A DNA stretch of 64,000 nucleotides from Hydrurus foetidus (Eukaryota): positions 1 to 64,000 of the forward strand of contig UYFQ01000010.1 in NCBI GenBank assembly GCA_900617105.1. Direction: 5' to 3'. The notes under the pieces were generated by a model that searched no databases, had not been told where the DNA came from, and worked only from the letters and a program-made list of their open reading frames with translations. Shown here one piece after another: positions 42,000-52,338 of the stretch. A program made the translations under genes and the position numbers. Numbering within the stretch: position 1 is the first letter of the stretch; the number at the start of each line of letters is the position of its first letter.

Positions 42000-42524
42000 C
42001 TAGTGGTGTGGCTTCAGGAAATCGTAGGCTTCCAGCAGCAGCTCGTTGAGATCGTCGCCCACAATCGTGTAGCCGTCAGTGTCCAGAGGGTCGTGAACCA
42101 TGTGGCGGCCCGGTATCCCAGGGTTGCGCTGCGGGTCACGTGGACCAATCTCGTAGCCCCAACCTGCCAGTGCAATCTCGCACTGCCCAGGCGTTAAGGC
42201 TTTATCCCGGGTATCCGGCTCTACCAGTCCCAGGCTCCGAGAGTATTCCCGGAACGTGCGCACCTTGACCTTCTTGGCCTCCACGGCAACAGGGTCTGGG
42301 GTGTAGTCGAGGCCCTCCTCGGCGTTCAGCATGTCAATTACGCCCCTCAAGTCGTTGAGTTCGCCCTTGAGTCGCTCGGCGTTGGTGAGGCCGTCTGGAT
42401 TGCTCGCGCCAGAGTACACCTCCGACATACCGAACTGGGCTGTCTTGAGTGCGATCTGAGCGATCTCGCTGGCCTCCTCGGCCGCCTTGGTCAGTAGGTA
42501 CTGCGTGTTGTTCATCATAGCCAT
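42000..42524 (-). CDS. Second MazG-like protein (start uncertain)
   Basis: KAAEEASEIAQ...LKGELNDL. Confidence 0.6.
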   Translation of the reverse strand: MAMMNNTQYLLTKAAEEASEIAQIALKTAQFGMSEVYSGASNPDGLTNAERLKGELNDLRGVIDMLNAEEGLDYTPDPVAVEAKKVKVRTFREYSRSLGLVEPDTRDKALTPGQCEIALAGWGYEIGPRDPQRNPGIPGRHMVHDPLDTDGYTIVGDDLNELLLEAYDFLKPHH

Positions 42525-43530
42525 GGGTATCCCGGCATCGGGGTCCGTAGTAAATTGATCTTGAATTTCAACCACCGCCAGAAGTGCCGCACTCCAAAAC
42601 ACAGGAGCACGATCAGGCCGGCGATGGTGGCGCAAACAGCGAAGATGGCGAGGCCCACATTGGTGGCGCCGATTGTGGGGTGACAACCCTGACACGCTGG
42701 GCCACCTCGGCCCGCTCCGCGTCGAAGTAGTGGCCGATCTCCCCGTCCGCACGGACGACCTCGTTGAACACCAAGCAGGCGCCGTCGTCGGGGTGTGATC
42801 CGATGAGAACTCCAATGCGCCCATCCTTGTGCATGTAGACGCCCCGGTCTTGCAGCTCATAGTAGGCGTTGAGCGCATCAGCGATCATCTGGCCCACCTC
42901 GTCCTGCAGCGCGGCCGCATCCGGCAGTTGTTGGATGCGGCCCCAACCTCGAATGCGCGCCATCACATCGACTGCGTCGTCATCGGCAACCATCTCGTTC
43001 TTGCTGTCCCAGATGTACCCGCGGTGATGCTTGAACGGCGGCGCGTAGAGGGCCATTGCCGTGCGTCGGTCGGCGGTCATGGTGTGTTCCTTTCATAAGG
43101 CAGGCTTGACTCAAACGGAAGAACTAAGCGCTCGTTGCGCTCGCTGCCTTTTGTCAACTCCCCAATCTCGTCCAGCAGCCCCGCGATGATCATGAGGTGC
43201 GCATCAGGTGTGTGGGTAACGTCGGGGTTGGCGAGGCGGAACCTGGCGTCGGTAATTAGTTGTTGATTCATCATTCAATCCATTTCTGTGCCACAGGGCA
43301 CCAGGTAACTGGGCGCACACCCTGCAAGGTGTGGGACGGGTAAACATCGCCAATCATTGGCTCGCCCAGGCTGTAATAGGCGTCGTCGAGGATCTCGATC
43401 AGCTTGCGGCCGGGCCGAGAGATGGCGATCTCTTCGCCGGGGCGAAGACGAACGGTCACATCGCGCATGCCACTGGCCAGGCGCCGCTCTTTGTAGCTCG
43501 GAGCGATAGCGCTCTGAGGAATTCGGTGGT

Positions 43531-43920
43531 TCATGTTGGGTCAGCCTGAAGGTTTTTGTAGTGGGTGGGTTTGATGCGCCAGGTCTCGCTGCAGTCGGTG
43601 AACCACTCGGGCGCACACCCATCGACTTGGTGCAGGAACGCCACCACTTGTCGGTCCGTGAACACCAGCACCTTCCGAGACTTGCGCCAGTCAGGCGCAC
43701 CCACCACGGGCAACAGTTCCGGCAGGCTGTCTTTCACCGACATCCAAACCTTCTCGTGGGCAGGTTCGGGGGGCGCCACAGTGGCTGCGGTCTGGGCCTC
43801 GTTGAGGATGTCTTTCAGCAGGTGGCCCATCGGAGCGCAGGCCCGCTCGTCCCGCAGTGCGTCAGAGATCTCGTACAGCTTGCCCATTTGGGCGCCGTTG
43901 AAGAGGTGGGTGTGGCTCAC
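43531..43920 (-). CDS. DUF551-like phage protein
   Basis: WMSVKDSLP...VLV...PTHY. Confidence 0.6.
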   Translation of the reverse strand: MSHTHLFNGAQMGKLYEISDALRDERACAPMGHLLKDILNEAQTAATVAPPEPAHEKVWMSVKDSLPELLPVVGAPDWRKSRKVLVFTDRQVVAFLHQVDGCAPEWFTDCSETWRIKPTHYKNLQADPT

Positions 43921-44600
43921 GACTCAAGACTCCTTGTGGCCACGTCGATGGCCTCGTCAAAGCCTCCACGATCCACGCAGTAGTGCGTAGGGACCCTGTC
44001 CCCCACCTTCACAATGGCGGTGCGTGTGGCGTCGTCCTGGTAGAGCTTCACCGTCTGATCGGAGGCGTCTTGCCAGTGGCCGGCCAGGGCGTACAGAGTC
44101 TGCAGACGCTCGGCATCTCGGGCCTGCTTCTCGACCAACTTCCAAAGGTCACCACGGGTTCTGTTGAGTGCCCTGAGGGTGCTCTCGGTGGGGTTCAGCT
44201 CCCACTTGGTGTGGGCCTTGCCAACCGCCGCCGTTAGCTCGTCAAACTCCAGGCGGACCTTGAGCATGTAGGGGGTGTGGGTCATCGTTTAAATCTCCGT
44301 CCGTTACGTTCGTTTTTCCACTGGGCCTTGCGCTTGCCGGCCACGTCGTAGGTCGTCACAGGCTCTGGCCAGGGGTCCCTCGTGAAGTCCATACTGCCCA
44401 GGTCGTCAGCGTCACCGGGTGACACAGCGAATGCCGACGCTGCCTGCATCGCAGCGAGCATGGCGAGGAGGCCCCTGACCCGGCCGAGACCGAGGCCATT
44501 ACCAGCGATCACCGCTGTGAGTGGTGTCGCTGACGTTGTCAGGGTTTGCTCCATGCGCAGCACCTCAGGCTCTACCCGCATGGGCTCGCTCAGAAAGTCG

Positions 44601-44969
44601 TCATTGGAGTTCATTGGGCACCTCCACTTCGTCACCCAACTCCGAGGCGACGTAGCAGCGCAGCCCGGCCACGAGTTCGGAGCGATCACACTGCATCCAC
44701 TTCTTGCCCTCGTCTCCCTCCGCGTAGCCGTCGGTCCAGTACGCAATCCATAGACCAGAGTGGGCAATGGTGCGGCTGATATGCTCACGCGTTAGGATCG
44801 GCCCGCCTTGTGCCCAGTCGGTTGAGGTGGTTTCGATCAGGAAGTCGTCTTCGCCGTCACTGGTATCGAGCCATACGTGTGTGGCTGACATATCCGCGCC
44901 AGGGTGCTGCGCCCGGCAAACCGCCCAATTCAGGGCGGCTCCAGTCAGTTTTGATGTTTTGATACGCAT
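44601..44969 (-). CDS. NinX/DUF2591-like protein
   Basis: LTGAALNWAV...STDWAQGGPI...AGLRCYVASELGDEVEVP. Confidence 0.7.
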   Translation of the reverse strand: MRIKTSKLTGAALNWAVCRAQHPGADMSATHVWLDTSDGEDDFLIETTSTDWAQGGPILTREHISRTIAHSGLWIAYWTDGYAEGDEGKKWMQCDRSELVAGLRCYVASELGDEVEVPNELQ

Positions 44970-47900
44970 GGTGTTCCGTCTCCGGTTAAGAATCCAAGGT
45001 GGACCAGCCGCAGCAGGTCGTTAGGCACTGCGTCACGGGTCCTGGTGTTTTTCAGGCTGTTGCACATGCCGTGTATGTCAGTGCCCCAGTCGTAGTCCTC
45101 AGTGACCTGCAGGACCAGGCCGGGGTCGGGTCTGGAGAAGTGGTCCACCCTAGCCAGGCGGAAGCTGATGGACTTGATCACGGTTGCACCGCCAGTCCGC
45201 GCCAGGTGGCTTGCTGCGTCGGGTCGTTCAGCACATCACTGGGGGAACCCGCTTCCTCAGCCTGACTCGGGTGCATGCGAGCTTTGAACCACTGAAGCCC
45301 GCCCCACTTTGCGTAGTACAAATTCCCATCAACTTCAACCTCGTAGACGCCGACCTTGTCGGGCTCCACCGACATGGGAAACCAATCGGTGACTTGGGGC
45401 ACGAGGAAGAAGTACAGCAGGTCGCAATACCACGGCAGGTGGTCAAGTTTTGTGGACTCCGTGAAGTGGTCACCTTCTCCGTCATAGCCCCAGAACCTCC
45501 CGTTGGTGACGTTGTAGGCAACGCTCCGTTCCGTCCAGGGCAGCCCGTAAACGTAGACGAGGTCGCCGCCCTTGTCGTGGGACACTGTGTCCACCACGAG
45601 GTTACGGGTTTCGGCGAGGGCTTGCACCTCTTCCAGCGTGCGGTGACGCGTAAATTTAGGTAGGGTCATGCGGATCTCTAAATTGGGTTGTGGTGGTGGT
45701 CCAGAAACTCCATCGGTGTGGAGAAAATGGCCTCGGTGTCAGCTGGCAAGCGGTGCTCAGGTGGCTGCCACTTGACGACGTGGGTGCGGTAGATGGCGAG
45801 GCCGGTGCATCGACTCCCTGAGTGCACGTGGCACTCAACTACCGCATCGGAATGGCACAGGCGCTTGTATTCCTCGGGGGTGCTGCCGCCAAGCCACCCC
45901 GGCAGCGCATCACGCCGCAGAGGGCAGTCAGAGCAGGCCCTGGTGAGCTGTTTCGTGGCGGGTGCACCCTCACCCTTGGCAATGAACTTGAGTCGCTTCA
46001 TGATTTACTCCAGGGCGTAGGCGGTGGCGAAGGCGACTTGGCTGTCGTAGCGCTCCACGCTTCTGCATGCCCCGCCAGCCATGTGGCGCACCAAAACCCC
46101 GCGATGGGTTTCAAGCACGTTGACGGAGTGGCCCTCAACTTCTGCAGGCGCCTCAACATTAATGCGGCCCCGGACATGGTTCATCGAGCGCATGGAGCTT
46201 TGGACAGCTTCTGCCTGAGCTTGGGTAAGGATCATGGCTTCACCCCAGGTGTAACTTTGGGCCAGTGAGAGCCCTTGAATTCCACAGTCATCGAACCCGT
46301 GACCATGGCTGTAATCATCCCCATGCCAAAGGTCAGCCCGCCGATGAGGGCGATGCCAATCAGGCACAGGATGACGGTGTTGGAGATCACGCAGAGGATC
46401 TCTTCGAGGCGGGTCATGCGCTCCTCCCTTGGGCTTCAATAGTGGCGGCTACGCTGCGCTGCAGGTGGTAGAGCAGATCCTCGGCAACGCTCCCAATCAG
46501 CGCCTTGGACTGCTGTCTGGTGACGGTCTGCTGGACCGATTGAGTGCCTATGCCGGGCACATCCACCTCAAGGGTGACCCTCAGCTCCCCCTCCACTGGG
46601 GTGGAGTTGCGCTCCTTGGCCAGGTTGAACTCGATGCGCAACTTCTCCATCGCATTCCAGCTGGCAATGGGCCAGTCCTCGGTGTCGTGTCGATCCAGGG
46701 TTAGGGCCTCAAGGAAGCCCTCGACTGCTTTCTGTAGGCGGCTCATGTCGGGGCCTTCTGTGCAGCAGGTCTTGGCGAGCGTGCCGGCTGCGTTCGCCAT
46801 GCTTGAAGGCACGTGTAAGTACCTCCGCACAGCGGGCACAGGTGACCCCTTGGGAGGTCTGGGCACGGTTTGCGTTTACCGTTCACAGCCCACCTCCAAA
46901 CAGCTCGGCGTAGACCGCAGCAATGCCACGCTGGACTTCCAGTCGGGAAGCCTCAGCCTGACGATGCTTGTACTCGCGCTGGGCCCACTTCATCTGGGCG
47001 TAGGCAACCAGGTTGGCCAGCTCCTCAGGCTTGTACTCGGAGATCAACTCCTCGTTCATAACGCCCCGTCCGCCATGGAAGGAGTCTTCCATACCGTAGG
47101 TGGTGAACTTGACCTTGTCGGGTCCCAGCAGGTGGGCATCAACGTCGTAGTAGCACCACGACTTCTTGCTGCCGTTACCGTCGTCCCACCACGTGCCGTA
47201 GGTCTCGTCCAGCATTGCTCGGTTGGCCTGCACATAGCCCCGGAATAAGGCCTTCGCTGCGTAGTTGTCCAGCTCGTGTGGGTAGATGTTGGGTTTGCTC
47301 ACGATTGCAACTCCTGTAGGGCACCAATGTTGTGCAATGCCTGGATGATGTGGGTCTGAGCCCAGCAGCATCCCTGCATTTCAGCCACCACTGGGTTGTT
47401 GAAATAGTTCACGCCATCGCGCTGCATCAGCTCGACAATGTCGTTGCCACCTGTGGAGGTGTAGAGGTGCCCGTACTCGGCGACGATCTGGTGTTGATCT
47501 GGAGTCAGCTTCACGATTGCACCTCCTGTAGTGCGTTCACCGCGTCGGTGCCGGTCATCAGCTCTTGGATCTTGCAGGCCATTTCCCAGCAGCTGACAGC
47601 GCGAGAGTTGGGGCTGTTGTAGATCTTGGTGCTGGGGTCTGAAGCCTTCCGGCCATACACCCAGTTCAGGAGTTGGATCGCAAGGTCTTCGGTCTGGTCA
47701 ACGATCTCCTGCTCGGTGCGGTGGGGCTGAGCCTCTGCACCCATCTCCCGGACCACGTGTGCGCCCCAGTTCGATGTGCCGACAAGGTGTCCCGCTGCTC
47801 GCGCCGAACTCGCGGCGGTGAGCAGCCGACCAACATCGGTCCAGTCCGGTGAGGCCGCTTGCTCTGCCAGCAACTCCGCACGAACCTTGTCCAGCAGCTC

Positions 47901-49558
47901 GGTGCCTGGCACCGGCGCCGCGGCGAGGAACCGCGTGGCTTCGTCGTAGTGGAGGTGGTTGTCCACCAGTACCCGAAGGTGCGTCAGGGCCTGCATGCGC
48001 TGGTGGTCGAACTGGAGGGCAAGGGTGCGCCACTCCTTTGCCACGTCCTTGGGCTCGGCCGCGATCCACGCCGCAGCCGACAGGGCCATGCCGTCCTGCT
48101 TGACACAAATCGGGCCCAGCGCCTTCCCAATGTTGACCCACAGCGCCAGCACCTCGTCCAGGTACAGGCTGTGTTCTGCGCGGGCGCCCAGCTTGGTCTT
48201 GTAGACCGTGTAGCCCGGAGTGCCGCCGGCGTCCTCAACCTTGGTGCAGGTGAAGTCCTGCAGGCGGTCTTGTAGGTAGGGCGTGCTCATATCCCGGTGC
48301 TCCCAAACCCAGACAGGTACTCGTGACCCTCCCGGCCGTAGCGAAAGCCACGGTTCCGGTAGGTGCCATCGGCGCGGCGCCCACACTCGTAGAACACCCC
48401 GAAGTCACCGTTGATGGTGACGACGGCGAGCGAGCGCAGAACTGGCGCAGAGTTACCGAGCAGCTGGGCGGGAAGCACCCAGCGCTCGAAGATTTCGTTG
48501 ACGGGAATAATGACGCTGTCGGGATGCAGGCTGAGTTGGACCTCAGTCAGCAGTTTCCGAACAGCGTCGAGATGCCGTTTTGCGGCATGGTTGTGGTTGT
48601 CGAACGCCAAACGCGCGTCCGCCTCCTGAGCTTTTACAGCTGTATTCATTTGGACTCCAAGGGTTTGCCCCAATACAGGGCAGGTGCTGACTTTACAACT
48701 ACTTACGAATTAACCTGTGACAGGTTGGTGAATTTGCGGAAATATCCCATTCACACTATTGACACGCGTCGTGGCTACAGTCTCTGTAGCAGTTTCAGGG
48801 TGCCCTTCGCGTCTTGCCGGTACTGACTGACCGGTTGGTCAAGAATCGTGGGGAACCTGCAACGGTGCAGCGTTACCGCCTCCGGCGAGTCCTCATTCCC
48901 CACCAGCTCGAAGCTCTCGAACGGGGGCAAATTGGGAACATGGCGCAGGTGAGTCTCCCGCAGCCAGGCACAGTCAAGCGGGTCATCCAGCAGCGTTACG
49001 CGGCCAGACATACTTCCCCCGGCGTCCACACCACAAAGTCAGCCAACACCTCGGCGCGCAGCCCGGGGTACATCGTGGCCAGCGCCATGTCAAACTGCTC
49101 GTTGATCTCAGGATTGATCCTCAGCAGCGTGGGCGCCACGCGGTGCAGGCACCCCTCGTCGACACGGCAAGGGATCTCGGCATCACCCTCAGGGCCATGG
49201 GACTCCACACGCACATGAATATCACCATGTGGAATGTGGCGGTACAGGTGGACGGTCTGGGTTGGGAAGCGCCCGCAGGCGCCCAGCAGTTGGAACTGCG
49301 ACAGGTGAATCATCTTGAACTCCGAAGGCGCTATCAATTCAATAGCTAGTTGCGCATTGTTCATGCGGGCTAGAGGCTGACTGCCTCAGGTAAGCCCCCG
49401 ACAGGGGCTTACACAAAGTTCGTCTTGGGGTTGGTTCAGCGCTTCACGGTGGATCTCCGGTTGGTTGATGGGCGCAAGCCTGTGTCAGGTTGCGGTCTCA
49501 AGGTCGGTTTACATATCGTCCTCCATTCATCAGGTTTGGTACACAAAAGATCAGGCGT

Positions 49559-49584
49559 AAAAAAGCCACCTCAGCAGGTGGCCA
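49559..49584 (-). terminator. Intrinsic terminator inside the early arm
   Basis: Minus strand GCCACCT-GCTG-AGGTGGC-TTTTT. Confidence 0.7.
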
Positions 49585-52019
49585 TACTGGGTAGGCGTGG
49601 GTGTCAGGTCAAGCCGGGGCGTACCCCTTGATCAGATCTTCGATCACGGTCTCGGGGCTCATCGAGTACACCTCAAGGTAGGCCACCCGGCCCGTTTTAG
49701 GATGGGCCTGCGCCAGCTTTGCTAGGTGGTACTCACCTGTCGCCAGGTTGCCTAAATCCGCAACGATCCGAGCCCCTGCCCTGACGTGCAGGCGCTGGCC
49801 GTCCAGCGGGCCACCGATGAAGAGGGTGCCGACGTTGTCGGGTGCGATTGGCATCTTGTTTGCTCCTGGACGCGCTGGCTCCCAGCGCAAGTCCCCATTG
49901 CACGAACCGTCGGTCATTTTGTAAAGCCTGAAAAATCAGCTCCACCACTGTCAAGGAATTTATCCATTGCCTCAACACCCGTTGCTGCGGGCGCCACGCG
50001 CAATAGCAATTGCCTTGCTGCCAATGCCTCTTGTGTATCCCGCAACTGTGGCGCGTCACGCTCGATACGTGCCAGCAAGTCTTTGCAAACCTGCACCAGT
50101 TCTGGTGCAGCAACAATCAGCGATGCATCGGCAAACAGGGCGTCATTGACCGTCACCATTTCGCAGATATGCGTTTCAAGCCCGACCGGTGACGTATCAG
50201 AGGTTATGCGCTTTGGGAAAGCATTAGACTCCTCGATTTTCCAAGGGCCGGGGGTGTAAGTGTTTGTCATCTCATTTGCTCCTAAATTAATAGCTGACTA
50301 GTCACGGCCCATAAGGGCTAGAGGTCAAGTCTTCGCAGCGCCTCGGCTTTCAGCCCGGGGTGCTGGATGCCGTTGGCGTACTGCTCGGCTTCCTCCCGCG
50401 CCCTGGAGGCATTACCGTTCAGGGCGATGGCCTTGTCGAAGAACACCTGGTCTTGGCCGGACGGCTCTAGCCGTTCAATCAGGTACTCGCCAGCTGAATC
50501 CGCCACCATGACAAGGTCATCGGGCTCCAGCGTGTACGTGGGCTCGTCGTCAGATTCCCCGCACTGCTCAACTTTGCCGTTGAGCTTCACCCACACTCCG
50601 TGATGGGCGTCGACAAAGTCGACGCCCTCGGGCACGTCCTTGAGCTTGACGACGCCGTCGTCGGCACCGTACATGGAAAGGTCGATCGGCATTTCATTTG
50701 CTCCTAAATTAATAGCTGCCTGCTCAATGTTGGCGAGGGGCTAGATGCTGATCTGCCCCTACACCTACACCCACAGGCCTTCTGGCGTCTGCTTCAACTC
50801 CGCGTCGTTCAGCGCGGAGTTGATCCGCAGTCGCAGCGTCGTGGCGTACTGGGTCTCAAGTCGGTGATTCACCACCACCCGAACAGCGTCAACGCGCTCG
50901 GCCTCGACTTTGACGGTCCAGCTGTTGGGTGCGTCACCTGCCCCCACGAAAACGCTCAGGTCCAGTGGGGCAAGGGCGTTCAGCACTTGATTTCGATCGG
51001 CCATGGGGTTCCTCTCTGTTTTCGTGACTATACCGGGGCCACGCCCACGGGGTCAGTGTCCCGCATAAAGCGGCCCACGACGGGCATGCCAAATACCTTG
51101 GCATACCCGTCGTCGTCGTGCTTCACGTGAGGGACGCCCTCGGAGTCAAGGAATACTTCCCCCACCAGCACGTCAGCGAATGTGATCTTGCCCTCGCTCA
51201 GGCGCTCGGCCAGATCCTGGGCGGGCAGCATGATGTTGGCCTCGAAGTGGTTGAAGGCGACGCTGTCGGTGATGCAGTCGCACCCGTTGTTGCCATTGCC
51301 CCAGATGAAGTACACCCACAGCCGAGACTTGGGGCGGTAGTTGGGGTTGAGGCCGCCTGGCGAATTGGCGGGGGCGTTGTCGGGGACGGTGAAGTACAGG
51401 TGGCCCTCGTCCAGGGCGTTCAGCTCGTCGTAGGCCCACTCGGTGACACGCTGGAGGTTGGAGATGGGGTCCTTACGGGCGAAGGCAGGGCCAAGGCCGA
51501 TGCCCAGTGGGTTGGCGCCGACGTTGTCGGGGACCGTCTGGTGCTCTTCCCCGTCATAGATGCTGTGCATGGTGTACCCGTGCTGGGCGGCGAGCTTGAT
51601 GACGTGGGCAAGGATGCGCTTTTCGTTTGAATTCATGGTGGACTCCGAGGGTTGCCCTAATTTGGGGCGGGGTTAACTGTTCCAGTGGGTGACTTTGGCG
51701 GAGGTGTCGAGGACGGACTCCTTCTGCTCCATGCGGGCCTTCACGAGCCACTGGCATTCATCGCTGGGCAGGTTGGTGGCGGACGCCAGTCGTGAACGTT
51801 TCGGCCCACACACCCGTCGATGGGGGGATGTAGTGCATCCCCCCATCGCGGAGAGTGAGGCGGGTAAAGGGCCTTGTGCTACAAAATTCGTAGCAAGTTG
51901 GGCTAGATTAGTCCGAAAACAGGGTGCTTTCGGCCCCGGCGGCGGGCCAAGTTGGGTGTTTCAACCCTAAACCTGCCCCGAATCGTCGCCAAGGTCGGGT
52001 TTGGTGACGTTGTCGGGGG

Positions 52020-52262
52020 TGCACTACAAGCACTGTGCAAAATAGGCAAGTCTTTGATTTATAAGGCTTTTGTGTTGAGAATTTCGTGTAGAGCAGTTGG
52101 CGGGGAGAATCCCCAATCTAATAGAAAATGCGTTTCATATTGTGAAACGTACTTTTAGAAAAAAAGACCATTTCTGGAATGAACTGCTCTACACCTACCT
52201 GTTTTTATACTTACCTATATAAATCAAGGATCTTGTATGCTTTGCACAGTGCTTGTAGTGCA
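52020..52262. repeat. 22-bp perfect inverted repeats flanking an AT-rich core
   Basis: TGCACTACAAGCACTGTGCAAA at 52020-52041, reverse complement at 52241-52262. Confidence 0.9.
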
Positions 52263-52321
52263 GTGATTTTGGCCCCTTGGAAAGAATCGTGCCAGCTTTT
52301 CTTCCGATTCGGTATTTTTAG

Positions 52322-52338
52322 CTGGCACGGACCTTGCT
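52322..52338 (+). promoter_or_regulatory. Sigma54 -24/-12 consensus
   Basis: CTGGCACGGACCTTGCT = TGGCAC-N5-TTGC. Confidence 0.55.

Noticed and set aside
44921..44938. CCGCCC-TGAATT-GGGCGG as a 15th hairpin copy
   Set aside because: Six-nt loop register, inside a conserved coding motif, no RBS; may be chance.
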